DNA from: an uncultured Bacteroidales bacterium
GTDB taxonomy: Bacteria; Bacteroidota; Bacteroidia; Bacteroidales; WCHB1-69
Assembly: GCA_947165685.1 (NCBI GenBank)
Contig: CAMVBK010000005.1
Span: 23,071 to 87,070, forward strand
Length of the DNA stretch: 64,000 bases
Direction of reading: 5' to 3'
A model generated the notes under the pieces. It was not told the DNA's origin. It did not search any database and worked only from the letters and a program-made list of their open reading frames with translations. The position numbers were made by a program, and so were the translations under genes. Position 1 is the stretch's first letter. Every line of letters begins with the position of its first letter. Shown in pieces: positions 55,101 to 63,998 of this stretch.

Positions 55101-55415
55101 ATGAACGTATCATTTGAAGATGTTGAATTAGAAAAACTTATAACGACTCACAATAGCAAAAGGTACAAAAAATACACCCGAGACAAGAAATTCTTATGGG
55201 CTTTAGACCGTGTGTTTAACGATTTGCAGGGTGTTGCCAAGTGCAGCGACTTGAAACAGTTGAGCTATCTGCATTACGAGCAGCTCAGGAAAATTGGATT
55301 GAGCTCAGTGAGAGTGATGAATGGAAGAGTAGAACGGCTTTTATTTCAGGAATTGGAAAATGGAATAAGAATAATCGTCATAGAACTTGATGAATCACAC
55401 TATGGACAACGATAA
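55101..55415 (+). CDS. higB: HigB-like killer toxin (RelE superfamily)
   Basis: MNVSFED.ELEKL......KRYKK..........L...L.....DL......H.E.L.....G..S.R.N...RL.F pattern, paired with a HigA-type antitoxin. Confidence 0.8.
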   Translation: MNVSFEDVELEKLITTHNSKRYKKYTRDKKFLWALDRVFNDLQGVAKCSDLKQLSYLHYEQLRKIGLSSVRVMNGRVERLLFQELENGIRIIVIELDESHYGQR

Positions 55416-55740
55416 CAGAATCACAGCTTTCCGGGCGGTGCATCCCGGAGAAACACTTGCCGAGGAGCTGAAAGAGCGCGGCATCAAACAAAAAGAGCTG
55501 GCCAAAGCAATAGGCATCCAGCCCAGCCATCTGAACGAGCTTATCAAGGGCAAGCGCAGTTTCACCACCGCAGTGGCGATGGCACTGGAGAAGGAGTTGG
55601 GCATTCCTTACGATTTCTGGATGCGCCTGCAATACGGCTACGAACACGATTGCCTTGTCATTGCGCAGCGCGAAGTGGAAGAGCAGCAGCGCACCCGACG
55701 TGAACCACCCCTTCTGAACAAGGTGGCCACAATCCTTTAA
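55390..55740 (+). CDS. higA: HigA-family antitoxin (XRE-type HTH)
   Basis: VHPGETLAEELKERGIKQKELAKAIGIQPSHLNELIKGKRSFT...A..L...LG....FW..LQ. The start could be 55390 or 55402. It overlaps the higB 3' end. Confidence 0.88.
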   Translation: MNHTMDNDNRITAFRAVHPGETLAEELKERGIKQKELAKAIGIQPSHLNELIKGKRSFTTAVAMALEKELGIPYDFWMRLQYGYEHDCLVIAQREVEEQQRTRREPPLLNKVATIL

Positions 55741-55787
55741 TATCGACAGATAAAACCGACAACCCTAACGGCTCTTCATCGTTTTGT

Positions 55788-56729
55788 TCATGCCCGAGGC
55801 TTAAAATACACGACCTGATTCGGGAAATCGATCACCACCTCGCCCATGCGCTGTAGCAGACCGAAACCGAAGTAGCCGATGACATCCTTGGAGGGGGCTT
55901 TGCTGGCGTGGCCGGATGCATCCGTCGTGGCCCTGATGGCGGCAGAGTCCGCCGTGAAGTTCTGAATTACAATGCGTTTTGCAATAAAGGACTCGCTCGT
56001 GCTGTTGCCTGACGCACCCTTGGATACTATCGTATCCCGATCTATATCCAAACTTTCGAGATTCAGTTTGCGGGTAACATCCGAGAAAAGGCGCACATCT
56101 GTTCCCATACCGGAATCGAACAACAACTTGCCGGAGACCTTCACGCTGTCCGTCAGGTACAGTGTGGCGGGTGCCTCAAAATAGTACATCTTGTCCCGAT
56201 AAAACAGCTTCAAGGCATGCCAGTTCCGCTTCACCGAATCGGGCACAACCGGCAGAATATCAAACGACTGCGTTTTAAAATCGAATGCCCAAACATACTT
56301 TTTGATAAAGACCAGCCCTATCACCCCGTCAACGCTGTCGCAAAACGTGCTTCGCAGGTTAGGGGCCGGGATTATCGGGAATTCCTCGCGCTTACCCGCA
56401 ATTGTGACGTCCCAGTCCTGGAACGCCTTCACCACCTGCCGTCCTTCCGTCCCGATGCCCTCGAACGCCATAGTCAGCTTGCTCTCATAACCGTAATGAT
56501 TGTCCACAAACGTGCTGTCCAACCATACGAAGGACGCAGCGCAGTCGTAAACCATACGGAGGGGCAGGCTGTCGTTCAGGAAGGCATCCACATAGATGTG
56601 CGGAGTGTAGGTATGAAAGCGGAAGGGGTGCTTTTGAACAGAAGTCCCGTTCGCACCGCCCTCGCTTGGCTGACCAAAGCCGGCCAGCACACTTCCTAAG
56701 AAAACGATGATAATGAGGTGCTTTTTCAT
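55788..56729 (-). CDS. secreted retropepsin-like (aspartyl protease fold) protein 2
   Basis: Signal peptide. First lobe LRMVYDCAASFVWLD (Asp present; the Thr/Ser-Gly positions are replaced). Second lobe LLFDSGMGT. ATGA overlap with the upstream paralogue. Confidence 0.6.
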   Translation of the reverse strand: MKKHLIIIVFLGSVLAGFGQPSEGGANGTSVQKHPFRFHTYTPHIYVDAFLNDSLPLRMVYDCAASFVWLDSTFVDNHYGYESKLTMAFEGIGTEGRQVVKAFQDWDVTIAGKREEFPIIPAPNLRSTFCDSVDGVIGLVFIKKYVWAFDFKTQSFDILPVVPDSVKRNWHALKLFYRDKMYYFEAPATLYLTDSVKVSGKLLFDSGMGTDVRLFSDVTRKLNLESLDIDRDTIVSKGASGNSTSESFIAKRIVIQNFTADSAAIRATTDASGHASKAPSKDVIGYFGFGLLQRMGEVVIDFPNQVVYFKPRA

Positions 56730-57625
56730 TGCCTGTTAGGTTTAAGGTAAAGTTTGTTGTGAGGATAGTCGAAGATGACATTGTAATGTCTTAGGAAATC
56801 TATGCCTATTACGCCGTTCTTGAAGTTGTCCACATGGACAGTGTCCGCAAAAGTGTCCATATAAACGGATTCTATCATAGGGCATTGATTTAACAGCGAA
56901 TAGATTATTGAAGCAGTGTCATTTATCATTGATTTACTTTTTGCGATGTCGATTTTGTCGCAGAATGGGTAATCAATATTGTTTGTGACACTGCCTAAAT
57001 CAATGAGGAAATTGGAAGATACCGGCTCTCCGTTTTTGTCATATAGTCCATCTATGGTCAAAAATCTGAATTTATGATAGTAGGGGTCTCCTTGTTTATG
57101 CGAGAAAATCATATCATACTTTTGATAATCCTGAATGTTTTCGGGCAAATGGTCGCATATAAAAATCTTTTGATTTTCGAAATCAATGCCAACAATGCTT
57201 TTATTAAACAGTTCTACCCCTATCATTCCTTTGAGAGATAATGAGGAAAAATAGTTTTGTGAATATTTTTCCGAAGCGACATAGATAGTGTCAATAGAAT
57301 AACAATAATCCGATAAAGATATGGTTGTAGGGCAATAATAATAGTCGTAATTTCCACTTTTTTGGACAAAATGCGGAGTGTTTTGTTGTTTGAATGACTG
57401 CCAAAAAGTGGAGTCAAACATAGTTGTAGAGGCACCATTATCCAACATAAAACGCAGAGAATCCATATCATTGATTTTTGCATAAATGACGATTCTTCCC
57501 TGTTCTAATTTGAAATCAAACGCACATTCCTCTTTCTGAGGAATACTTTGGGCTTCTTTTTCTCCCATATATGAGCAACCTGTAATAACAAGTGGAATCA
57601 GGATGAACAAAGCATGTTTTTTCAT
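56726..57625 (-). CDS. retropepsin-like lipoprotein 1
   Basis: Lipobox LVITGC, first lobe FMLDNGASTTMFD, second lobe FLIDLGSVTN. Confidence 0.6.
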   Translation of the reverse strand: MKKHALFILIPLVITGCSYMGEKEAQSIPQKEECAFDFKLEQGRIVIYAKINDMDSLRFMLDNGASTTMFDSTFWQSFKQQNTPHFVQKSGNYDYYYCPTTISLSDYCYSIDTIYVASEKYSQNYFSSLSLKGMIGVELFNKSIVGIDFENQKIFICDHLPENIQDYQKYDMIFSHKQGDPYYHKFRFLTIDGLYDKNGEPVSSNFLIDLGSVTNNIDYPFCDKIDIAKSKSMINDTASIIYSLLNQCPMIESVYMDTFADTVHVDNFKNGVIGIDFLRHYNVIFDYPHNKLYLKPNRQ

Positions 57626-57641
57626 AACTGCTAACGGCCAA

Positions 57642-59252
57642 CTAAAATTCTACCACCACAGTCTCGGGTGGAATGGTATCGATTTTAAGATGCAAGACGC
57701 GGGGGCCGGACAGCCCATCGGATGTGACATGGTCTCCGTATGTGAATGCGACAGGCAGACGTAGCCTGCAACGCACCGGCTGTCCGTCCTTCATGGCGGG
57801 CTTGCAGGCGGCTGCGGCGCGGAAGGCACGGTTGACTTCCGTCTCGATGGGCTCCATCAACTGCCGCACAACCTCATTCCGCGCTTCCTTATCTTCGGGT
57901 GTGTCCTCACCGAAATAAAAACACGCGGACGCAACGCTGTCTTTACTTCCGATAATAGGCGACATAGCCACTATCATTTCCGAAGTAGGCTTCCATTTGA
58001 GTTCGGCCGTATCCAACTCCGTATAGAGGACACGCCCATCCTTCTCTACGACAAAACGAACCGTGAAAAGCCCTGTAAGCTTGTATTTCTTGGATAATTC
58101 AGGGTACTGCATGCTGTCGTAGAGATTATTGGCATACTGCTGGATGCCACCTGGAAACTGCGGCATCGTATCGGGATCCATGCAAACGGGCTCGTCGATA
58201 ACTTCCTCAACCGCCTCTTCCTCAGCAACCATCTCCTCTTTCGGATGGCAGTTCACCAACAAGAGTCCTGCGATAATGGGAACAAGCGCGAGCAGCCACC
58301 ACGCTGACACTCTGCGTTTTACCGGCTGATTCATCATCAGAATCCGTTTCTTGGTCAGCAGGTGGCGGAAACTGTTGCCCACTGGCACGAACTTGCCCAC
58401 GCACAGTTGTTTGTACAGCAGCTCTAAGTAATCGCGGCGAGAGAATCCGCACGAGAGCACCGCCTCATCGGCCAAATACTCATGGACGCTGCTCAACTCC
58501 CTGGCATACAAGTAAATGACGGGGTTGAACCATTGCAGCACCCGCACCGCTTCCGTGAAGAGCAGATCCCACGTGTGACGCTGGCGGATGTGCGTCCTCT
58601 CATGCCGCAGCACCTGTTGCAACTCGCTCTCTGTGAACACTTCCGGATTTACGAACACCGAGCGCAGGAACGAGAACGGAAGGTTGCCGTCGGGCTCGCC
58701 TAACACCCGCACGCACATGTCGCCCGTCGAAAGCTCATCCGACAACTCACTGCGCCGATAGTACCTGAAAGTCTTAAAAAGTTTGACAACCAGCAGAATA
58801 AAGGCCACCCCGCAACCAAGAACATACCCATAACATACCATATCTTTAAAAGACAACTTTTTTGTCGCCCCTGTTGTCAACGTTGTCCCTGTTGTCGTTG
58901 ATTGACCCGCCTTTGTTGTCAAAGTTGTCCCAGTTGTCGTTGATTGACCCGCCTTTGTTGTCAAAGTTGTCCCAGTTGTCGTTGACTCAACCGCTCCTGT
59001 TGTCAAAGTTGTCCCAGTTGTCGTTGACTCAACCGCTCCCGTTGTCAGAGTTGTCCCAGTTGTCGTTGTTTTAACTACGGCGGCCACGCGGCTCGGCATC
59101 TCGATCGAAATAAACGGCAGCACCAACGAAAGTGCCAATGTGCCCACAAGATAGAACCGGCGCAAGCGGAACAGGTTGCTCCTGCGCAAGGTGGCGGCAT
59201 ACAGCCCGAAAAAGAGGGCGATGGCGACGGCGGAAAAGAGAATCGTTTTCAT
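57642..59252 (-). CDS. BlaR1-like M56 metallopeptidase signal transducer fused to a TonB C-terminal domain
   Basis: Zinc motif HERTHIRQRH in a polytopic N-terminal part. C-terminal MPQFPGG....Y....M.YP......K..G...V.F.V..DG is TonB_C-like. A Thr/Gly tandem repeat lies in the first extracytoplasmic loop. Confidence 0.85.
   Translation of the reverse strand: MKTILFSAVAIALFFGLYAATLRRSNLFRLRRFYLVGTLALSLVLPFISIEMPSRVAAVVKTTTTGTTLTTGAVESTTTGTTLTTGAVESTTTGTTLTTKAGQSTTTGTTLTTKAGQSTTTGTTLTTGATKKLSFKDMVCYGYVLGCGVAFILLVVKLFKTFRYYRRSELSDELSTGDMCVRVLGEPDGNLPFSFLRSVFVNPEVFTESELQQVLRHERTHIRQRHTWDLLFTEAVRVLQWFNPVIYLYARELSSVHEYLADEAVLSCGFSRRDYLELLYKQLCVGKFVPVGNSFRHLLTKKRILMMNQPVKRRVSAWWLLALVPIIAGLLLVNCHPKEEMVAEEEAVEEVIDEPVCMDPDTMPQFPGGIQQYANNLYDSMQYPELSKKYKLTGLFTVRFVVEKDGRVLYTELDTAELKWKPTSEMIVAMSPIIGSKDSVASACFYFGEDTPEDKEARNEVVRQLMEPIETEVNRAFRAAAACKPAMKDGQPVRCRLRLPVAFTYGDHVTSDGLSGPRVLHLKIDTIPPETVVVEF
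58863..59072 (-). repeat. in-frame 42 nt tandem repeat, 5 copies, inside the BlaR1-like gene
   Basis: Encodes (S)TTTGTTLTTGAVE x2, STTTGTTLTTKAGQ x2 and one partial copy. Adjacent DNA units are near-identical. Confidence 0.9.
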
Positions 59253-59254
59253 GA

Positions 59255-59641
59255 CTATTCGGTTTTTGTGGGTGAATCATCTTGCGGAACGGCATCGATC
59301 ATGCGACGGATGTCGTCCAGCTCTTCCAACGTAATATCCTGGTTGTTAGCGAAAAAGGAGACCATCGACTTGAAGGAGTTGTCGAAGTAGTTGCGCACGA
59401 ACTGCTGCATGAACGACTCCGAGTACTGTTCCTTGCTCACCAACGGGTAGTAGCGGTTCGACTTCCCGAAGGTCTCGTGCGACACGAACCCCTTCTTTTC
59501 GAGAATGCGCACCACGGTAAGCATGGTGTTGTAGGCCGGCTTCGGTTCCGGGAAATTGGCGATGATGTCGGCGGCGAATCCCTGTTTGATCTGCCACAGC
59601 ACCTGCATCACCTGTTCTTCTGCTTTGGTTAATTCTTTCAT
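59255..59641 (-). CDS. BlaI/MecI/CopY-family transcriptional repressor
   Basis: LTKAEEQVMQVLW.., winged helix ..YNTMLTVVRILEKKGFV.H, 128 aa, 2 nt before the M56 gene. Confidence 0.9.
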   Translation of the reverse strand: MKELTKAEEQVMQVLWQIKQGFAADIIANFPEPKPAYNTMLTVVRILEKKGFVSHETFGKSNRYYPLVSKEQYSESFMQQFVRNYFDNSFKSMVSFFANNQDITLEELDDIRRMIDAVPQDDSPTKTE

Positions 59642-59725
59642 TGTTCTTATTGTTTTTGTTTGTTATTTATCGTCATTCGTCCCAGGGCTCACTTCGTTCA
59701 TCCTGGGTTGACATACGTTGGGCTT

Positions 59726-60265
59726 TCAGCCCTGAATGTTGGCTGTTGCATCTAACGGAACCGCTTTCTCCCACTTTAATACTGTAATCTCCGTCAGCCA
59801 AAAGACAAGGAGAAGATAAACCGCATGACCGAAACAGAAGACCAACCGCCACACCACTCGCCAAGCCATATCTGAGATGTCGTATTTCAAGGCAATAAAA
59901 ATAGGCAAAGTAAACAATCTGCCCGTCGAAGCAGCCATAATGGTAATCATATCAGCACCATAATCCATTCCCTCCGTGATGTCATAATGCGCCAACAGCA
60001 AGAATAAAATCAGTATTACAAGTGGCACAATGAATATTCGCCAACGCCTACCTTTAATCATCACACAACTTTGAAGGAGAGCCAACATCCCTATAAACAA
60101 AAAAGAACCGACATCAAAACCATCAATATAAATATAGGAGAATGGCTGTTTCCAAAACAGTGTGATGAGATACGATATCGCATTTAGTATCATCATCAAT
60201 GAAGCAAGGACGACAAAACGTCGTGCCCATAACTTCAACTCTATCAAACCATTACCATTCATCAT
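59726..60265 (-). CDS. hypothetical polytopic membrane protein
   Basis: At least five hydrophobic segments. Lies 85 nt upstream of blaI on the same strand. Confidence 0.55.
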   Translation of the reverse strand: MMNGNGLIELKLWARRFVVLASLMMILNAISYLITLFWKQPFSYIYIDGFDVGSFLFIGMLALLQSCVMIKGRRWRIFIVPLVILILFLLLAHYDITEGMDYGADMITIMAASTGRLFTLPIFIALKYDISDMAWRVVWRLVFCFGHAVYLLLVFWLTEITVLKWEKAVPLDATANIQG

Positions 60266-60293
60266 TTTTAATTCTTCATTTAAATTGGCGCTG

Positions 60294-60301
60294 CAAAGAT
60301 A
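60294..60301 (-). promoter_or_regulatory. -7 box, start of the block shared with the TonB-dependent receptor promoter
   Basis: Minus strand reads TATCTTTG. Confidence 0.55.
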
Positions 60302-60601
60302 TAATTTATTTTTTAATCATACAACGAAAAAAATAGTTTTTATATTGTGTGGTAGGATTTTTTTTGGAACAGCCTGTGAATCAATTTGAAACAGAATGTG
60401 TTTTTGCGTTCAAAACGTTAACATGTAAAATTTTGAGAAAGAAAAAAAGATTCTGGAAAATGGACAGAAAGCGTTTGTGCATCACGTTAAGCTGCCACAA
60501 CGGGATGATCGGGTGCAGCTTCTGGCCGGTGTCGGTGCGCTTCGGGGTGTAGAGGTGTCTCTGGCGGCGAATATAGGGGGATCCGCTGTGGGGAAGGATG
60601 G

Positions 60602-61792
60602 TTAATACAGAAAATTATTGTACGGATATATTTGGATATGCAGTTTTTTGATTTCTTCGTATAGGAAATCTTTCATTTCGTTGACGTTTTCCTTGGTTTT
60701 CGCAGAGATAAAGAGCGTTTTGGGGCCGAGTTTCGCCATCCAGGTGGCCTTAAGTTCGTCCAGCGTGACGTTCTCCTTGGTTTTCGGGGTGAGGTCGTCG
60801 TCGGCTTTCTCTATCCAAGCGTATTGGTCGATTTTGTTGAAGATGATGACAGTGGGTTTGTCGCCGCAGTCGATTTCATCCAAGGTCTTCTGTACAGTCT
60901 GGATTTGTTCTTCGAAATCGGGGTGGCTGATATCGACCACGTGAAGCAGCAGGTGCGTCTCGCGGATTTCGTCCAAAGTCGATTTGAACGATTCCACCAG
61001 TCCATGCGGCAGCTTGCGGATGAATCCGACCGTGTCGGACAGCAGGAAAGGCAGGTTCTGGAACACCACTTTGCGGACAGTGGTGTCGAGGGTGGCGAAG
61101 AGTTTGTTCTCGGTGAGCACGTCGGAGTTGCTGAGTAGGTTCATAATGGTCGATTTCCCGACGTTGGTGTAGCCGACTAAAGCCACGCGGACGAACTGCT
61201 CGCGGTGTCCGCGCTGGGTCTTCTTCTGCCGGTCAATGTCCTTCAATCGTTTTTCTAACAGGGAGATGCGGTCGCGGATGATGCGGCGGTCTGTTTCGAT
61301 TTCCTTTTCACCGGGCCCCCGCATGCCGATGCCGCCGCGCTGTTTCTCCAGGTGGGTCCACATGCCGGTGAGGCGCGGCAGCAGGTACTTGTACTGCGCC
61401 AGCTCCACCTGCGTCTTGGCATGGGCGGTCTGTGCGTGCTTGGCGAAGATGTCGAGGATGAGGTGCGTGCGGTCCATTACCTTGCAGCCCATAAGTTGCT
61501 CGATGTTGCGTTGTTGCGATGGCGGCAGCTCATCATCGACCACCACCATGTCGATGTCGTGCTCGTGCACATAGTCGGCCACCTCACGGATTTTGCCGGA
61601 GCCGAAATAGGTGCGTGTGTCGGGGTGCGCCAGGTTCTGGATGAACTTCTGCACGCATTCGCCGCCGGCGGTCTCCACCAAAAAGGCCAGCTCGTCAAGG
61701 TACTCCATCGTCTTGGCTTCTGCCACGTCGGGTGTCGAGACGGCAATCAGCACGGCCGTTTCGCGGTAATTGTCAGGGTATTCTATCGCCAT
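60602..61792 (-). CDS. hflX: GTPase HflX
   Basis: HflX N-terminal and helical domains (LEKQRGGIGMRGPGEKEIE.DRR), G1 GYTNVGKS, G3 DTVGF, G4 NKID. ATG 61792 chosen because the -7 box lies upstream. Confidence 0.92.
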   Translation of the reverse strand: MAIEYPDNYRETAVLIAVSTPDVAEAKTMEYLDELAFLVETAGGECVQKFIQNLAHPDTRTYFGSGKIREVADYVHEHDIDMVVVDDELPPSQQRNIEQLMGCKVMDRTHLILDIFAKHAQTAHAKTQVELAQYKYLLPRLTGMWTHLEKQRGGIGMRGPGEKEIETDRRIIRDRISLLEKRLKDIDRQKKTQRGHREQFVRVALVGYTNVGKSTIMNLLSNSDVLTENKLFATLDTTVRKVVFQNLPFLLSDTVGFIRKLPHGLVESFKSTLDEIRETHLLLHVVDISHPDFEEQIQTVQKTLDEIDCGDKPTVIIFNKIDQYAWIEKADDDLTPKTKENVTLDELKATWMAKLGPKTLFISAKTKENVNEMKDFLYEEIKKLHIQIYPYNNFLY

Positions 61793-61814
61793 TTCTCCGG
61801 TTTGAAATTTTCGG

Positions 61815-61822
61815 CAAAGGTA
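61815..61822 (-). promoter_or_regulatory. -7 box for hflX
   Basis: Minus strand reads TACCTTTG. Confidence 0.5.
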
Positions 61823-62170
61823 CAAAAAAAACAATTGTCAGCGGGTATGGGCGTGTTGGTTTTGAAGAAGGCCGTTCCGCGATGCTCCAAATTGTTCCAA
61901 TTTTTTCCACATTTATCTTCGGAGTTGGATGTGTTTTCGGGAGATATTTTCTATCTGTTTAATTATTATATTGATTGTCAAGTAAATAACAATGTTGTTG
62001 ACATTCGGTGCGCAAATACACGTTTTTTCAACATATTGCGGTTTGTGTTGAAACTTGTTGAAAACTTTTTTCCATTTATTTCCATATTGATATTCAGTAT
62101 GTTATATCTATTTTTAACTAACAATTGTTATTTATTGGTGCTTTTATGGAAATCTGGTTGGGAAAAATTA

Positions 62171-62178
62171 TATTTTTG
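62171..62178 (+). promoter_or_regulatory. -7 box for the mraZ/dcw operon
   Basis: TATTTTTG, 31 nt before ATG 62209. Confidence 0.55.
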
Positions 62179-62208
62179 TCGTCTTAAATTGAGTGACATA
62201 GGATCAGT

Positions 62209-62691
62209 ATGGCAACGGAATACGGATATTGGGAAGTCTCGATAGAGAAGAGTGGGCGACTGAAGCTGCCCACGGGGTTGTTGCGCGCGTTGCCGGAGGA
62301 GGATCGCAAGACGTTCTATGTCACGCACGGTTTCGGCGAATACATTATGCTTTGGTCGGAGTCGGCCTATCGCAAGCAGATGGACTACATGAATTCCCTG
62401 GACCGCAACCTCACGCGAGTGAAATTGTATCGCAACGCATTCCTTCGCAACACCGCCACGTTAGAGTGCGACGCGCAGCAGAGAATCGTGATTCCAAAGC
62501 CCCTAATGGAAATGTATTCCATTGACAAGGAGCTGGTTATGATATTGGACAACGGACAAATCGAAATGTGGAACAGTCAGAAGTACCACGACAAGTTCGA
62601 CATGAGTCCGGAAGATCTGGAAAAACTCAACGAGGAGATGCACCTCGGGCATTTTTTAGCGGAAAGGGAGGGCGCAAATGGACTATCATAA
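62209..62691 (+). CDS. mraZ: division/cell-wall cluster transcriptional regulator MraZ
   Basis: Two SpoVT/AbrB-like halves (GRLKLP..L, QRIVIPKPL), directly upstream of and overlapping rsmH. Confidence 0.85.
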   Translation: MATEYGYWEVSIEKSGRLKLPTGLLRALPEEDRKTFYVTHGFGEYIMLWSESAYRKQMDYMNSLDRNLTRVKLYRNAFLRNTATLECDAQQRIVIPKPLMEMYSIDKELVMILDNGQIEMWNSQKYHDKFDMSPEDLEKLNEEMHLGHFLAEREGANGLS

Positions 62692-63604
62692 CCCCGTGCT
62701 CCGTCAACTTTCGGTAGATTATTTGGTTACGAACCTTGATGGGGTCTATGTGGATGTCACCTACGGCGGCGGCGGCCATTCCCGTGCCATCTTAGACAAG
62801 CTTGGTCAGGGTCGCCTCATTGCCTTCGACCAAGACGCGGATGTGCAGCCCCAGCTCATTTCAGACGAGCGGTTCACTTTCGTGCCGTCCAACTTCAAGA
62901 ACCTCACCCGTTTTCTCCAATATCACCAGGCTTTTCCGGTTGACGGCATTTTGGCAGACCTTGGTGTCTCGTCGCACCAGTTCGACACCCCGGAGCGAGG
63001 TTTCTCGTACCGGGAGGACGGCGTGCTGGATATGCGTATGAACACGCGTACGGGAAATTCGGCGCAAGATGTTGTAAATCAGTATGATGAGAAGTCGCTG
63101 AGCGACATCTTCTACCGTTACGGGGAATTATCCGACGGCCGCGCTTTGGCCCGGCGCATCGTGAAGGCTCGCGCAGAACAGCCCATCGCCACCACCCGTC
63201 AATTGGTGGGAGTGCTGGAGCCCGGATTGCTTCGCGGCAAGGAAAACAAGACGCTGTCCAAAATTTTCCAGGCGATCCGAATCGAGGTCAACCAAGAGAT
63301 GGCGGCGTTGGAATCCCTTTTGGAACAGAGTGTCGGCGCGTTGAAGCCCGGCGGCCGTATAGTGGTGATTTCCTATCACTCCTTGGAAGACCGCATGGTG
63401 AAAAATTTCATGCGGTCGGGCAATTTGGACGGAGTGGTGGAGAAAGACTTCTTCGGCAATCCGTTAACCCCGTTCAAACTTATTACGAGAAAGGCATTAC
63501 AGCCTGATATTGAAGAAATTAATGTTAACCCCCGTGCTCGTAGTGCCAAGCTGCGTGTCGCGGAAAGAATCATCCCCACTACCCATGGAAACCACCTCTC
63601 ATAA
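62678..63604 (+). CDS. rsmH: 16S rRNA (cytosine1402-N4)-methyltransferase
   Basis: HNPVL..E......G.YVD.T.GGGGHS, DLGVSS.Q.D...RGFS, ISYHSLEDR.VK. Confidence 0.93.
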   Translation: MDYHNPVLRQLSVDYLVTNLDGVYVDVTYGGGGHSRAILDKLGQGRLIAFDQDADVQPQLISDERFTFVPSNFKNLTRFLQYHQAFPVDGILADLGVSSHQFDTPERGFSYREDGVLDMRMNTRTGNSAQDVVNQYDEKSLSDIFYRYGELSDGRALARRIVKARAEQPIATTRQLVGVLEPGLLRGKENKTLSKIFQAIRIEVNQEMAALESLLEQSVGALKPGGRIVVISYHSLEDRMVKNFMRSGNLDGVVEKDFFGNPLTPFKLITRKALQPDIEEINVNPRARSAKLRVAERIIPTTHGNHLS

Positions 63605-63998
63605 CCAGAACAGCCAACAGCGGGAACGGACGCGCTTCGGCGAGTTCTTCTCCAATATATTTGGAGGGGAGATACTCGCCCGGAAGCAGATGCGCCCGTG
63701 GTACCTTTATTTTTTCTTCGTCATCGTACTGGTCACTCTGTTGGTAATCAGCGAACAGCGTATTCGAGTCAAGCAGAAGAAAATCAATGAGTTGGAGAAT
63801 ACCTACAAGGCAGAAATCAGCAAGTTGAAGGCCAATAACCAGTTCATTCCTTACGAGAAAAACAAAATCCTCATCCAAAAGATGCAGGACAAGGGCTACA
63901 TTACGGACGAGAAGCATTGCTTTACGGTGAAGGAGACCCCCAAGCGGGAAGAGAAGCGCCGTTGGTTCAGAAGAAAGGAGAGCAAGCATGAAAAATAA
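63585..63998 (+). CDS. FtsL-like cell division protein
   Basis: Single TM (WYLYFFFVIVLVTLLVI) followed by a coiled coil; position after rsmH. Start set to METTSH (ATG 63585). Confidence 0.65.
   Translation: METTSHNQNSQQRERTRFGEFFSNIFGGEILARKQMRPWYLYFFFVIVLVTLLVISEQRIRVKQKKINELENTYKAEISKLKANNQFIPYEKNKILIQKMQDKGYITDEKHCFTVKETPKREEKRRWFRRKESKHEK

Noticed and set aside
60345-60601. ORF 60349-60552(+), and a GC-richer patch at 60480-60600 that might be a gene relic
   Set aside because: The plus-strand ORF has no motif and sits in the hflX 3' flank. The minus-strand translation has no start codon and no recognisable family. There is not enough evidence to annotate it.
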